Origin: a virus
Strand: one strand, 5' to 3'
Length of the DNA stretch: 64,000 nucleotides
IMG/VR virus record: IMGVR_UViG_3300050821_007134
Location: 32,001 to 96,000 of that record
The position numbers were made by a program, and so were the translations under genes. Below, piece after piece: positions 18,374 through 28,019 of this stretch; position 1 is the stretch's first letter, and every line of letters starts with the position of its first letter. Under the pieces are notes generated by a model that was not told the DNA's origin, made no database searches, and saw nothing but the letters and a program-made list of their open reading frames with translations.

Positions 18374-18552
18374 AGAAAACTAAAGTCCCAAAAATAGGCT
18401 CGACAGTTAATTACAAGGGGAAGGAATTTAAAGTTCTAGGCTACGCGGCGCGAGTAGACGAAAACCAAAACAAGTGGATAGAAATTGCATGGAATAATTA
18501 TAACGTGTCTCCCAGTGGGTATCTAGCGGTACCATTAAGGCTTTTAAAATGA
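18370..18552 (+). CDS. Hypothetical protein
   Basis: ATGA coupling. Confidence 0.65.
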   Translation: MKKTKVPKIGSTVNYKGKEFKVLGYAARVDENQNKWIEIAWNNYNVSPSGYLAVPLRLLK

Positions 18553-18800
18553 GTAAAGTGATTAGCATTTTCACAAAGAAAGAATTGAAAGAATTACCTT
18601 TTCAAGAGGATGCCGCATTAGAAATTATTAAGTATGTCTTGAGTTACAAAGAGGATAATTTCCTTAAGATTTCAATGGCTGAAAGACTTATTCTTGACTC
18701 AATACTTAGGTACGTGGCCAATGCATCGGGCACTAATCCTAATCAGCTCATGGTCGATGCTTTACAAGAAATACTTCCCACGTTTGGAGATGCATCGTGA
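18549..18800 (+). CDS. Hypothetical protein
   Basis: ATGA coupling. Confidence 0.65.
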   Translation: MSKVISIFTKKELKELPFQEDAALEIIKYVLSYKEDNFLKISMAERLILDSILRYVANASGTNPNQLMVDALQEILPTFGDAS

Positions 18801-19087
18801 AAATATACGGACGTTTAACAAGGCAAGAAAAAGCGAAAGCAATAGACAAAGCCCTTGAAGAGCTAGTGAATTGTGTGGCCAATGGGCTAATTTCATTCAC
18901 TGGGAAATTGCAGGTTAAAATTGATTTAGCGATTAAGACAGCTAATGATAACAACATGCAATGGAGCATTCAAGAACACATCCTTGAAGTCGCCAAACCC
19001 GAGCTATTGAAACATGCTCAAGGCATTGCAGAGGACGCCACATATAAAGAGAACGGTGACTTTTTGAAAGTGTTGATGGTTGTATGA
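18797..19087 (+). CDS. Hypothetical protein
   Basis: GTGA coupling, GGAG SD. Confidence 0.65.
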   Translation: MKIYGRLTRQEKAKAIDKALEELVNCVANGLISFTGKLQVKIDLAIKTANDNNMQWSIQEHILEVAKPELLKHAQGIAEDATYKENGDFLKVLMVV

Positions 19088-19163
19088 GCTATAGAATGAT
19101 AATTGTTATGTTGCTGGCAATGGGGCTGGCAATGTTTATAACCCAAATGATAGGAGATTTAAA

Positions 19164-19451
19164 ATGAAAACCGGACCAAATAACACAGGCAAGACCGTAA
19201 TCGTGAGATACGCAAACCGAAAGCTATACAACACTGAATTGTCCAACTATGCGACACTTCCACAAGTGTTAGCACTCGGCGTTGACAATTTTATCGTGCT
19301 CGATAATAAAACTAAGAAAGACATCACGTTTGACGTTCTCATCAATGCATTGTCTGGCCACTTCCGAGATAACCCCACAGCATTTGAGACAGTGAAACCC
19401 GTTATCGTTGAAAAGCTTGGCCTCGGCGCCCCAACAGTAGCAAATAACTAA
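19164..19451 (+). CDS. PhaR-like (PHB/PHA accumulation regulator) N-terminal DNA-binding domain protein
   Basis: IVRYANRKLYNTELSNYATL...FIVLDNKTKKDIT. Confidence 0.85.
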   Translation: MKTGPNNTGKTVIVRYANRKLYNTELSNYATLPQVLALGVDNFIVLDNKTKKDITFDVLINALSGHFRDNPTAFETVKPVIVEKLGLGAPTVANN

Positions 19452-19462
19452 GGAGCCGAGCC

Positions 19463-19630
19463 ATGAAGAAAATAAATGTTACGGTCAGTCTTATTATTAA
19501 GGCTGACCCTGAGGATGAGGACTCTATAAAAGATGCCGTCTATGCCAAATTAGAGGACGAATTAGTCGATGAAACTATTGACTACAGCGTGGACGAAGAA
19601 GTTGAGGAAGAGGATGAAAGCGAAGTTTGA
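19463..19630 (+). CDS. 55-aa highly acidic protein (not in ORF track)
   Basis: AAGGAG SD; MKKINVTVSLIIKADPEDEDSIKDAVYAKLEDELVDETIDYSVDEEVEEEDESEV. Confidence 0.65.
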   Translation: MKKINVTVSLIIKADPEDEDSIKDAVYAKLEDELVDETIDYSVDEEVEEEDESEV

Positions 19631-19711
19631 TTGGTTTTTATGCATGGGGGTACTAATATTTTTACTATTTGCCTCCGTGCTCTTAAAACTAGATTTTTGA
19701 TTGGAGATGTT

Positions 19712-19966
19712 ATGAACACACTTATCGCTATAACGATATGGCTTGCAGTAGGGTTTGTATGTGCTCTTCGCTTTACTTATGTGATGAGAGTAAAGCCCTA
19801 TGCCTACTCTGATATCTTTGCCTCTATTTTTTTAAGTGTCCTAGGACCACTTCTAGCCGTAATGGGCACCTTGATAGCTGTTGCCAAGAAACTTGACCGA
19901 CCAGTATTTAAGAATGAAGGGCCAAGAGACTGGTACGAACAGTCCAAGAAACGAGATGCAAAATGA
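19712..19966 (+). CDS. Membrane protein (2 TM)
   Basis: Start revised to MNTLIAI; hydrophobic segments. Confidence 0.7.
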   Translation: MNTLIAITIWLAVGFVCALRFTYVMRVKPYAYSDIFASIFLSVLGPLLAVMGTLIAVAKKLDRPVFKNEGPRDWYEQSKKRDAK

Positions 19967-20148
19967 ACACAGATTTACTTGCTGTCAAACAAGAACTTAT
20001 TGACTCTCAGGATAAACTTATTGCTCTGCTAAAGAGTTCGATGGAAGACCGAGATGAAGTAATTAACACTCAAAAGAATTTGATCTTGGCTCAACAAGGA
20101 ATGATCGAAGTTCTAAGAGAACGCTTAACCATTCTGAGGGCCTTATGA
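19963..20148 (+). CDS. Coiled-coil hypothetical protein
   Basis: ATGA coupling. Confidence 0.6.
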   Translation: MNTDLLAVKQELIDSQDKLIALLKSSMEDRDEVINTQKNLILAQQGMIEVLRERLTILRAL

Positions 20149-20369
20149 TTACTAGACACGTATTCGTTGTTATAAATGAACAGCTTTCTTGGGGAAACCA
20201 GGGCGGCGCCTATACGGTTTTCGAATATAGGGGCGATGCCGAGAAATTCATTCACGGCCAAACCACTATGGGACATCCTGATTTAAAGGGCGACTGGGCT
20301 TTTGAAGAGAAAAACTTTAAGATCATTGAATTAATGGTCAGGGGGCGCTATGAGCAATCGAGTGACTAA
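20145..20369 (+). CDS. Hypothetical protein
   Basis: ATGA coupling. Confidence 0.6.
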   Translation: MITRHVFVVINEQLSWGNQGGAYTVFEYRGDAEKFIHGQTTMGHPDLKGDWAFEEKNFKIIELMVRGRYEQSSD

Positions 20370-20670
20370 AACTTTAACAGTAGAATTAAATTCTGGGAAG
20401 TCTTTTGAAATTGAAGTCACGGCAATTGGCGAGTATGATAATAATTGTGGCTCAGACGCCGATGGTAATAGAGGTACATCGGGATGGACCGTAGATAAGT
20501 TTGAATTTGATTTGCCAAAAGTAGACGAGGACACGAATGTTCTCACTCTTGATGAATTGCACGAGCTAGACATCGCAATTCACAAAGAGGCCCTGAAAGA
20601 AGAGTGGGAGTTTTCACAGGAAGAGGATTGGGATAACTATAAAGACTATGAACTTGGAGAGGACATATGA
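20350..20670 (+). CDS. Acidic hypothetical protein
   Basis: G.DADGNRG motif, D/E rich. Confidence 0.7.
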   Translation: MSNRVTKTLTVELNSGKSFEIEVTAIGEYDNNCGSDADGNRGTSGWTVDKFEFDLPKVDEDTNVLTLDELHELDIAIHKEALKEEWEFSQEEDWDNYKDYELGEDI

Positions 20671-20951
20671 AAAAGAAAACTTATATGGTCGCTATACAAA
20701 GAACTTTTAAAGTCAGTGGTCTGGTATTCTACGAAGCACTCACTACAAGCGCTAAGGCCGCTGTAAAAGAAGCTAAGGCTCATTATAAAAAACACAAAAT
20801 CGAAATAGATGAGGAAATAGAAGAGGATGCTAAAGAAACTGGCGGTATTGGAGATGCAGGCGAAGCAGAGATATATTCTATTGGAATGGCCAGTCAATAC
20901 CACTCGGACGCCGAATGCAAGCTATGTAAAAAATCTAAGGAGGCCGCATGA
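20667..20951 (+). CDS. Hypothetical protein
   Basis: GAGAGG SD. Confidence 0.65.
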   Translation: MKKKTYMVAIQRTFKVSGLVFYEALTTSAKAAVKEAKAHYKKHKIEIDEEIEEDAKETGGIGDAGEAEIYSIGMASQYHSDAECKLCKKSKEAA

Positions 20952-21481
20952 ACACACGTAAATATGAAGAGGACCTTGGTCAATACTTCGAAAAGACTTT
21001 AGAGTTGGCCAAAGACTTAGGGGTACCGATCTTTTTCGGTAAACTCCCTAAGCCCTACACAAACACGACTTGCGGAGTGTACTTTAGCGAAACAAGAACC
21101 ATATGGATAAGCACTGATGTCTATAACATTGCAAGGCCAACTAAGGGACTCATTCATACAATAGTGCATGAGATTGTTCACTCCATTCAGCATATGCTGG
21201 ACGCCTATGAGTTCTTCAAATTGCCCGACGATTTGGACGCAATAAAGGCAAATGAGATTTGGAAAAGAACTGTAATGGAGGATGCTCCCTTATTTGAAGT
21301 TGAGGCCGACGAATTAGCTATTAAGATTTGTGAGTCTTGGGGAATGAACTACATGTCTGTGTATGGCTCCTATGCTTTAAGAAAAAACTTAAAGAAAAAG
21401 CACGAATTTTTGAATTATATGTGGAATGAAGCATATGAACTTGAAGTTGAACCATTAACTGAAATAAAGGAGGCCGCATGA
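20948..21481 (+). CDS. Zincin-like metallopeptidase (HExxH)
   Basis: TIVHEIVHSIQH...EVEAD. Confidence 0.7.
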   Translation: MNTRKYEEDLGQYFEKTLELAKDLGVPIFFGKLPKPYTNTTCGVYFSETRTIWISTDVYNIARPTKGLIHTIVHEIVHSIQHMLDAYEFFKLPDDLDAIKANEIWKRTVMEDAPLFEVEADELAIKICESWGMNYMSVYGSYALRKNLKKKHEFLNYMWNEAYELEVEPLTEIKEAA

Positions 21482-21644
21482 ACGAGACGGATAAGGTACA
21501 AGAATTAGAACGACAAGTCAAAAGACTTGAAGAACTATTAAAACAAACGGCATCGGGCGTAAGTTCATTGGCCGATCAAGTAATAAGACTTGCAGAAGTT
21601 ACACAGAATATGCTTAACAGAGAGATTGAAAGGGAGTCAGGGCG

Positions 21645-21893
21645 ATGAGCTTAACTACGCATGGAAAGAAAACAAACAATAATAAGAGCGGCGCGGCCTC
21701 AGCCAATAAACAGCGCAAGCGCAAAGAAGCCGAGGAGAGACAGGCGAAGTATACCGCTCTCACTCTATTACAAAAGCTTGACCGGCTGGTACAAAATGGG
21801 TTGCCCTCAAAAGAGCGAGTAAAACTGCTTTTGAAGGTTAAAAAAGAAGGATTGATTTTATCAAATGATATGAAGGAGAAATTAAACTTATGA
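21645..21893 (+). CDS. Basic hypothetical protein
   Basis: Coupled ORF. Confidence 0.6.
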   Translation: MSLTTHGKKTNNNKSGAASANKQRKRKEAEERQAKYTALTLLQKLDRLVQNGLPSKERVKLLLKVKKEGLILSNDMKEKLNL

Positions 21894-22285
21894 AAACACT
21901 TATCTTATTGATTGCCCTAATGATGTTGTCCGGATGTACCATGTGGCCACCATACAACGTATGGCAACAAAGACTTGAAGGAGAGGCCGATCTTGCAAAG
22001 GCTGAGTACTCCAAGAAAGTCGTTGTTCAGGATGCCATTGCTAAAGAGGAGTCCGCCACTCACTTAGCCGCTGCCGAAGTCGCTAGAGCCCATGGAGTAG
22101 AGCAAGCCAATATTATCATTGGCAATAGCCTTAAGAATAACGAGGCTTATCTCAAATGGCTCTACATCGAAGGTCTTAAGGAGCGCACCGGTATTGAGAC
22201 AATTTACATTCCTACCGAGGCCGGTCTACCAATACTCGAAGCTGGTCGCAAACATAATCAACAGCCAACCGGAAAGAAGGAGTAG
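21890..22285 (+). CDS. Membrane/lipoprotein resembling the SPFH-associated C-terminal region
   Basis: LSGC lipobox-like; GEADLAKAEYSKK...IIGNSLKNNEAYL...YIPTEAGLPILEAGR. Confidence 0.7.
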   Translation: MKTLILLIALMMLSGCTMWPPYNVWQQRLEGEADLAKAEYSKKVVVQDAIAKEESATHLAAAEVARAHGVEQANIIIGNSLKNNEAYLKWLYIEGLKERTGIETIYIPTEAGLPILEAGRKHNQQPTGKKE

Positions 22286-22288
22286 GCC

Positions 22289-22531
22289 ATGTTAAAAGAC
22301 AATGAACAAAGAATGGACGATGAACTTGACGCCGTAGTTAAATTGCTTGCAGAGGACTTCCCTGGCACAGACGATTACAATGTGTGCAACGACGAAGAGG
22401 TCGATTTGTTCGATGATTGCGGGAATGTCTTTAAAACTATTTCCATGGAAACGTTCAATAAGTATTGGACTAGAATGGAAAACGAGTTCGACTATTCCCA
22501 ATACATTGAGATGGGAGAAAGCAATGCCTAA
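22289..22531 (+). CDS. Acidic hypothetical protein
   Basis: AAGGAG SD. Confidence 0.65.
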   Translation: MLKDNEQRMDDELDAVVKLLAEDFPGTDDYNVCNDEEVDLFDDCGNVFKTISMETFNKYWTRMENEFDYSQYIEMGESNA

Positions 22532-22703
22532 GCCGACTAAAGCTGAAATAGTAGTAACCAAACTACTTGATGGCATCTGGGCCGAGTGGGATCTTGACTC
22601 GGGGTACCCCAAAGAAATCAACGAACAGATTTTAAAGGTCAGAAGTGAAATTGTAGCTAAGTACCCAGACATTTATCAAATGAACATAGAAGAAGGAGTT
22701 TAA
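22524..22703 (+). CDS. Hypothetical protein
   Basis: Start revised to MPKPTK. Confidence 0.55.
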   Translation: MPKPTKAEIVVTKLLDGIWAEWDLDSGYPKEINEQILKVRSEIVAKYPDIYQMNIEEGV

Positions 22704-22704
22704 A

Positions 22705-22977
22705 ATGCAATCGCAAAAGAAACACAGGATGCCCAAAAGAGAAAAAGTGAATGCTCTTGATTTCGCTCAGGGCTTTTTAGTCAGCGTCAGCGCATCTGCT
22801 GATACGCGAGAAGAGGCCATCAGTAAAGCTGTATTGAGCGCACGCAACATGCAAACAGCGGCTTTAAGTAAATCTAAGGACAGTGATCTTAGGGCAGCCG
22901 AGGCCAAAGAATGGACCCGAACGGCCAATTTCTGGGACAACATTGCTGGGCATTTGCCAAAGGTTAAGTACAAGTGA
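22705..22977 (+). CDS. Hypothetical protein
   Basis: AAGGAG SD. Confidence 0.65.
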   Translation: MQSQKKHRMPKREKVNALDFAQGFLVSVSASADTREEAISKAVLSARNMQTAALSKSKDSDLRAAEAKEWTRTANFWDNIAGHLPKVKYK

Positions 22978-23183
22978 GTGCTTCATTGGACGGTCAATTC
23001 AAAACTAAGCAGGAAGAGTCCGACTATGGGTTTAAGCTCATAATGGATATTATTCGGGCTGCCAAAAATGGTGACCCTTACAAAGAAGAAATTAAGGAAA
23101 TGTGGGATATCGCCTACAGAAACGAAGACGTAATGTCGATGGTACGACATACACTTACATCCTTAGCCAAAGGGAGAGAGTAA
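22974..23183 (+). CDS. Hypothetical protein
   Basis: GTGA coupling. Confidence 0.6.
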   Translation: MSASLDGQFKTKQEESDYGFKLIMDIIRAAKNGDPYKEEIKEMWDIAYRNEDVMSMVRHTLTSLAKGRE

Positions 23184-23341
23184 ATGAGAAAGTTTGATCC
23201 AGAAGACCCAGACAAATGTGAAAGATGCGGTTCGACAGAAAACGTTAGAACTGGATTGGACCCATTTGCTCAAGATGTTCACAACGAAGAAATAGAAGTA
23301 ACTTGGTGTGATGATTGTTTTTATCAGTCAGCGATGGATAT

Positions 23342-23566
23342 ATGACAAGACAAGAAGCTAATAGAGAAATATTGAAACAATTGTCTAAAGCCGTTAAGGC
23401 CAACACAGATCAGCGTTTCGGCCAGCTATTGAGAAACCTTGGTCTAGTAACAGAGGTCCGTAACGGCGAAGGGACACCCACTCATTGGATAAATGAGTTC
23501 AATACTGAGAGTGTTGCTATACTGGAACGCATGACTAAAATTGAATGGGACAAGGAAGGAATATGA
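23342..23566 (+). CDS. Conserved phage protein
   Basis: DQRFGQLL motif; start revised. Confidence 0.7.
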   Translation: MTRQEANREILKQLSKAVKANTDQRFGQLLRNLGLVTEVRNGEGTPTHWINEFNTESVAILERMTKIEWDKEGI

Positions 23567-24120
23567 GAGTTAAACTTGTAGGTATTCCTACAGAGCAACA
23601 CAAGGCTGCACGACAAGCTATTAAAATGGTTGACCGATTAGTCTGGGGCAATGAGATGAAGAAAAAAGTACAGAAAATTACCGTAATCAAAAATAGCAAA
23701 GGTAATCCTTTGGATGCCCCTATCTTCAAGGGCATATTAGACGTTTACAACCATAAAACCAAATCTTGCGTTCTTCATATCCAAGCGTTGATCGAAATGG
23801 GCGCGAACGATGATGGCAATTTGGCTTGGTCCATATGCCACGATCTTTCTCATGCATTTGATGTTGCTCACAAAAATCTAATCTTTGACACCAAAAACAA
23901 AACTTTGATTTATCTAGGAAAAACCTATGATTTTAAGAAACCGGCTGTCCATTTGATTGACGAAGAATTTGCAAAGAAAAACCGATATAGAGACTCTCGC
24001 TATTATGCTGCTCACGACTTCTATGAGCCCTGGGAAGTCAGACCTTTGATGGCTGCCGACGCGTGTATGGCCGAAATAAGAAGAAAAGACTGTCCAAATT
24101 TACTTAAGGAGGCCGCATAA
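23563..24120 (+). CDS. Zincin-like protein with HDxxH variant
   Basis: ICHDLSHAFD...YEPWEV. Confidence 0.55.
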   Translation: MRVKLVGIPTEQHKAARQAIKMVDRLVWGNEMKKKVQKITVIKNSKGNPLDAPIFKGILDVYNHKTKSCVLHIQALIEMGANDDGNLAWSICHDLSHAFDVAHKNLIFDTKNKTLIYLGKTYDFKKPAVHLIDEEFAKKNRYRDSRYYAAHDFYEPWEVRPLMAADACMAEIRRKDCPNLLKEAA

Positions 24121-24923
24121 TGCACGACGAATTAGGTAACAGACTTAAGAATCAATACGAGGATAGAACGCGTTACTTCTTGCCTCGTCGAACCTACACA
24201 ATCATTCGAATTGATGGAAAGGCATTCCATACATTCGCTAAACATTGCGAAAAACCCTTTGATAAAGATTTGATGGCATTAATGGACACGACCGCAAGGG
24301 CTCTATGCAAGGAAATACAAGGTGCAAAATTTGCGTATGTTCAATCCGACGAAATAAGTATTCTTTTAACTGATTTTGAAACCATTCACACAGATGCATG
24401 GTTTGACGGCAATATACAAAAAATTGTATCTGTAGCTGCTTCTCTGGCTACGGCACGCTTTAACGAAGAACTTCAGTTATTGGCCGAAAGTCAAAGTGGA
24501 ACTAAAGACAGATTTGATTTAAGCGCAAGGCCTGCCATGTTCGACGCTAGAGTATTCACCATTCCAGACCCTACAGAAGTAGATAACTATTTCAGATGGA
24601 GGCAACAAGACGCAGTTCGTAATAGTATTCAGATGGCAGCTCGGGCCGCATTCACTCATAGCCAATGCATGGGCAAAAACTGCGATGAACTTCAGGAAAT
24701 GCTATTTACGGCGAAAAATATCAACTGGAGTGAATACTCAGCTGGAGAAAAGAACGGGCGAGTAGTTATTAAAGAGGCATATCTAGCCCCAATGATTCAT
24801 AGAAAAGATGGACCTCCTGGCAATGTAGCAAGGACTCGATGGGTAGCCCAGGGAGCCCCAATTTTCACTCAAGACACGGCGTTTCTTAAAACTAAAATTC
24901 CAGTTATGAGTCAGGAGGACTAA
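24120..24923 (+). CDS. tRNA(His) guanylyltransferase Thg1-like protein
   Basis: IIRIDGKAFHTF, YVQSDEISIL, FDARVF, YFRWRQQDAVRNSI. Confidence 0.93.
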   Translation: MHDELGNRLKNQYEDRTRYFLPRRTYTIIRIDGKAFHTFAKHCEKPFDKDLMALMDTTARALCKEIQGAKFAYVQSDEISILLTDFETIHTDAWFDGNIQKIVSVAASLATARFNEELQLLAESQSGTKDRFDLSARPAMFDARVFTIPDPTEVDNYFRWRQQDAVRNSIQMAARAAFTHSQCMGKNCDELQEMLFTAKNINWSEYSAGEKNGRVVIKEAYLAPMIHRKDGPPGNVARTRWVAQGAPIFTQDTAFLKTKIPVMSQED

Positions 24924-25381
24924 TGATAAACAACGATACCAAAAAAGTAAAGATCGACGGAGCCATATCAATAGCTAGAAGTACGGGGTCCGATGGACAC
25001 TCTATTTCAATAAGTGTTGAGGATAGACTTTCAGGACTTCACGTTCTTGAATTAAGATTATCCATGGAAGAATTCGGAAACGTCGTTACGGGGTCCTCGG
25101 GAAAGACCCTTAGTGCGACAGTCTATCAGAATGAAAATTTAGGTAAAGAACAAGAAGTAGCAACGGCCCAGATTCCCTTAGAAGGTTTTGATATTGGTTA
25201 TGATGGCAAAGGCTGGGAGGCGTTCAATCAATTCGTAGAGACTTATGTTGAAGAGAAGTTCGGTTCGGAATGGAAAGCCGATCTGGATAAATCAAAAAAT
25301 CACTACAGAGTAATCAATGGTAAAACTCCAGAAACAAAAGGGAAACAGTATTATTCAGTTCACATTAGGAGATGGCTATGA
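24923..25381 (+). CDS. Hypothetical protein
   Basis: AGGAGG SD. Confidence 0.75.
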   Translation: MINNDTKKVKIDGAISIARSTGSDGHSISISVEDRLSGLHVLELRLSMEEFGNVVTGSSGKTLSATVYQNENLGKEQEVATAQIPLEGFDIGYDGKGWEAFNQFVETYVEEKFGSEWKADLDKSKNHYRVINGKTPETKGKQYYSVHIRRWL

Positions 25382-25557
25382 GCGCTTATTCAACTGAAAC
25401 TACTACTCGCAATAAGGCGATTAGAAAAATCATTCAAAAGGTCAATGCAATGTCTAACCAAGAGTTGGCAGATCTTCTCTTCGAAGTCCATGGAAGAGAA
25501 GTTCTTCACAATTACATCATAGAAAATGACGAACCAGAGGAGAACGATGATTTATGA
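25372..25557 (+). CDS. Hypothetical protein
   Basis: Coupled ORF. Confidence 0.6.
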   Translation: MAMSAYSTETTTRNKAIRKIIQKVNAMSNQELADLLFEVHGREVLHNYIIENDEPEENDDL

Positions 25558-25736
25558 AAGACGCCTATAAAATTATTGGAAACCGATGGGTTAAAAACAA
25601 ACCATTAAAAGTTGAGGAATTTACTTTAGAAGAACTTGAAAGCGCGATAGATCAAGGATGTAGCGATAGAAATTATTCATCCTACATGCATTATATCGCT
25701 AAACGTGTTCAACAATTGAAGGAAGTGGGAAAATGA
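25554..25736 (+). CDS. Hypothetical protein
   Basis: ATGA coupling. Confidence 0.6.
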   Translation: MKDAYKIIGNRWVKNKPLKVEEFTLEELESAIDQGCSDRNYSSYMHYIAKRVQQLKEVGK

Positions 25737-25945
25737 AATACGGTATCTATGACACACAGTCTGAAAGCTGGGTTAAACGCGGTCTTGTTACGACCCTAAA
25801 AGAAGGCCTATACATGACAATCGACAAATCAGAAGCTTTGGGCAGTGAAAGCAAAGAATTTGTAGAGGATGTCTTTACTCAATTGGGAACACACTTTAAA
25901 GACCGTCCCCTTGTACTGCAAGGGCTGGAAGTAAGAGAACTGTGA
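25733..25945 (+). CDS. Hypothetical protein
   Basis: ATGA coupling. Confidence 0.6.
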   Translation: MKYGIYDTQSESWVKRGLVTTLKEGLYMTIDKSEALGSESKEFVEDVFTQLGTHFKDRPLVLQGLEVREL

Positions 25946-26472
25946 AAACTATTTTTTTGATTATCCTGTTAAGCTCTATAGCTCAGGCCAAAGACTCTTT
26001 GGAAGTCGTTGGCGGCAGTCTGACCTATCACTTAGAAAGTAGCTCTGATGGGCGCCCAATGCCCTACGATCACACTTTAACACCAGACCACGAACTTATA
26101 GACAATCCCTTATTTGGCCTTGGATGGGTCCACCAAACCAAGGACGACTACTATTGGGGCGCCAAGCTATTCGGGGGCGAGAACTCTGTTGGTCAGCCCA
26201 TGACTGGACTTGATGCGTCATTCGGCGCCGTCTATGGAGGTTGGTTCATTGGTGTCGTTGGCGGGGGCTATGTTCAAAACAATAAGACATTTGAGAGTGC
26301 TGGAGTCATACCGCCCAGCATTGCTGAATTCGGTGACACCGGCCTTGTTCCGATCATTGGGGGCGAAGCCAATTATAGAATCAATTTATGGGGTAACTCC
26401 TATTTGAAGTGGAATAACCTTTTGACTCCAATGTTGTACAATATGAGCTTATCCATAGGATTTGACCTATGA
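25942..26472 (+). CDS. Outer-membrane beta-barrel protein, PagP-like
   Basis: Signal peptide; SLTYH, NPLFGLG, ENSVGQP, GVVGGGY; amphipathic strands ending LSIGFDL. Confidence 0.55.
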   Translation: MKTIFLIILLSSIAQAKDSLEVVGGSLTYHLESSSDGRPMPYDHTLTPDHELIDNPLFGLGWVHQTKDDYYWGAKLFGGENSVGQPMTGLDASFGAVYGGWFIGVVGGGYVQNNKTFESAGVIPPSIAEFGDTGLVPIIGGEANYRINLWGNSYLKWNNLLTPMLYNMSLSIGFDL

Positions 26473-27011
26473 AAGAAAAACTCGCGAATTTAGGCCCGAA
26501 AAGGGGGAGGGGTACCCCTCCAAGTACCTGTAATCATTGGACCCCAAAAACTGTATTTTCACCTTTCAGACTGTATAGGTATGTTCTTTATAGAGAATGG
26601 GACCCAACACTTGAAACCATAGCTTTTATTGGCCTAAATCCCTCCACAGCCGATGAGACTCAAGACGATCCAACCATTAGGCGCTGCATTGGCTTCGCGA
26701 AAAAATGGGGATACGGAAGTATCTTGGTCGGAAACATATTTGCATTAAGATCTACGGACCCAAAGAAACTATATAAAAGCGACAATCCTGTAGGTTATAG
26801 AAATGATTACTGGCTCGGCGAGATTTACAAATATGCCAAAACGACTGTTGCATGTTGGGGAACTCACGGCGCCCTAAATAGACGACACAACGATGTAAAG
26901 CAAAAACTTGGTGTAATGCACGTTTTTGGCTTTACCAAAGAGGGATTTCCTAAACATCCTCTATATTTAAGTAGTAAAGCTAAAATTCACGAATGGTGGG
27001 AGACAAGCTAA
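26469..27011 (+). CDS. DUF1643 family protein
   Basis: YRYVLYREW, FIGLNPSTAD...DDPTIRRC, NIFALRSTDP, PKHPLY. Confidence 0.92.
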   Translation: MKEKLANLGPKRGRGTPPSTCNHWTPKTVFSPFRLYRYVLYREWDPTLETIAFIGLNPSTADETQDDPTIRRCIGFAKKWGYGSILVGNIFALRSTDPKKLYKSDNPVGYRNDYWLGEIYKYAKTTVACWGTHGALNRRHNDVKQKLGVMHVFGFTKEGFPKHPLYLSSKAKIHEWWETS

Positions 27012-27316
27012 TGGACAAGCTAATGGCTAATCCAATTATTTGTAAAACGTGGGAAAATGGTAAGTGCCACTGTTTTCCAACCCATATTCCAGTAGAAGTT
27101 ATTGACTCTACAGGAGATTATAAATATTTAGGTGATTTTTCTGCGACTCCGCCACAATACAGTCGGGGCATGTTTTGCGACGACTGTAAAGTTCGTTGGA
27201 CCGGTTGTTGGGATAATTTCCAGTGTCCGCAATGTGGACAAGGAGAATTACCATCCAGCGACCCAAATGACTATTCATCTTTAAAGCCGCCCTCTTCCTC
27301 TTCAGCGGCCAAGTGA
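27011..27316 (+). CDS. Zn-ribbon hypothetical protein
   Basis: CDDC...CPQC. Confidence 0.55.
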   Translation: MDKLMANPIICKTWENGKCHCFPTHIPVEVIDSTGDYKYLGDFSATPPQYSRGMFCDDCKVRWTGCWDNFQCPQCGQGELPSSDPNDYSSLKPPSSSSAAK

Positions 27317-27789
27317 GCTAGCTTATCCATATCGATGCCGCCCTGTTTAGGCATGGGCTTAGGCTTTGGAGTTTTTTTCTTGAGGATTTGTTTCATCTTA
27401 GTTGCGTTATTTTTTGTGGAACGACTGATCAAATGTTTAAACAATGACTCGCCGCGCTCCAGACGTTCGTTCTCGTCCTTCTCGGCCTGTTCATCAAATG
27501 CTTGCTGCTCTGCGGCTTTATCTTTGGAGTAGGTTGGGTCTTCCATTGTGTAGATCGAGTCAAGAATAGAATCTAGATTTTCTTCGTGATCGACGTTTTC
27601 TAGACGTGATGCATAAACTTGGGAGATTACTAGTTCCGGATCTAAAGCGTTTAAGACCAAATGAAGAGGAGTGTGAAATTTGGTGGAATATTCACGACAT
27701 ATGGATTTCCACACTGCGTCTTCCGTGGGCTCCATGGAATTAGCCAATGCGTCAGCACTGCAAAAATCAATAAGGTCCTTGAAACTCAT
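27271..27789 (-). CDS. Putative tail assembly chaperone (second)
   Basis: W..ICREYSTKFHTPLH with acidic middle; downstream of TAC-like gene. Confidence 0.4.
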   Translation of the reverse strand: MSFKDLIDFCSADALANSMEPTEDAVWKSICREYSTKFHTPLHLVLNALDPELVISQVYASRLENVDHEENLDSILDSIYTMEDPTYSKDKAAEQQAFDEQAEKDENERLERGESLFKHLISRSTKNNATKMKQILKKKTPKPKPMPKQGGIDMDKLAHLAAEEEEGGFKDE

Positions 27790-28019
27790 ATTCTTTCAAA
27801 CTCAGTACGTAAAAGGGGAGCTATGGTGTTGACATCGATCGCATCAAAGGATTCATCCTCGACCAATAGGATGATTGATTGTGTATATGGGTCGATAGAG
27901 GCTCCGCGAAGCTTTGCTCCACGGGGAACGCCCTCAGAAACCCTCCAGGCTGTATCTTCAGCCATGATATGGAGGAAAGCTTCAGGATTTATCTGGATTC
28001 TCTTTATCCTCGCCTTCAT
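27786..28019 (-). CDS. Hypothetical protein
   Basis: Start revised to MKARIKRIQ. Confidence 0.6.
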   Translation of the reverse strand: MKARIKRIQINPEAFLHIMAEDTAWRVSEGVPRGAKLRGASIDPYTQSIILLVEDESFDAIDVNTIAPLLRTEFERI

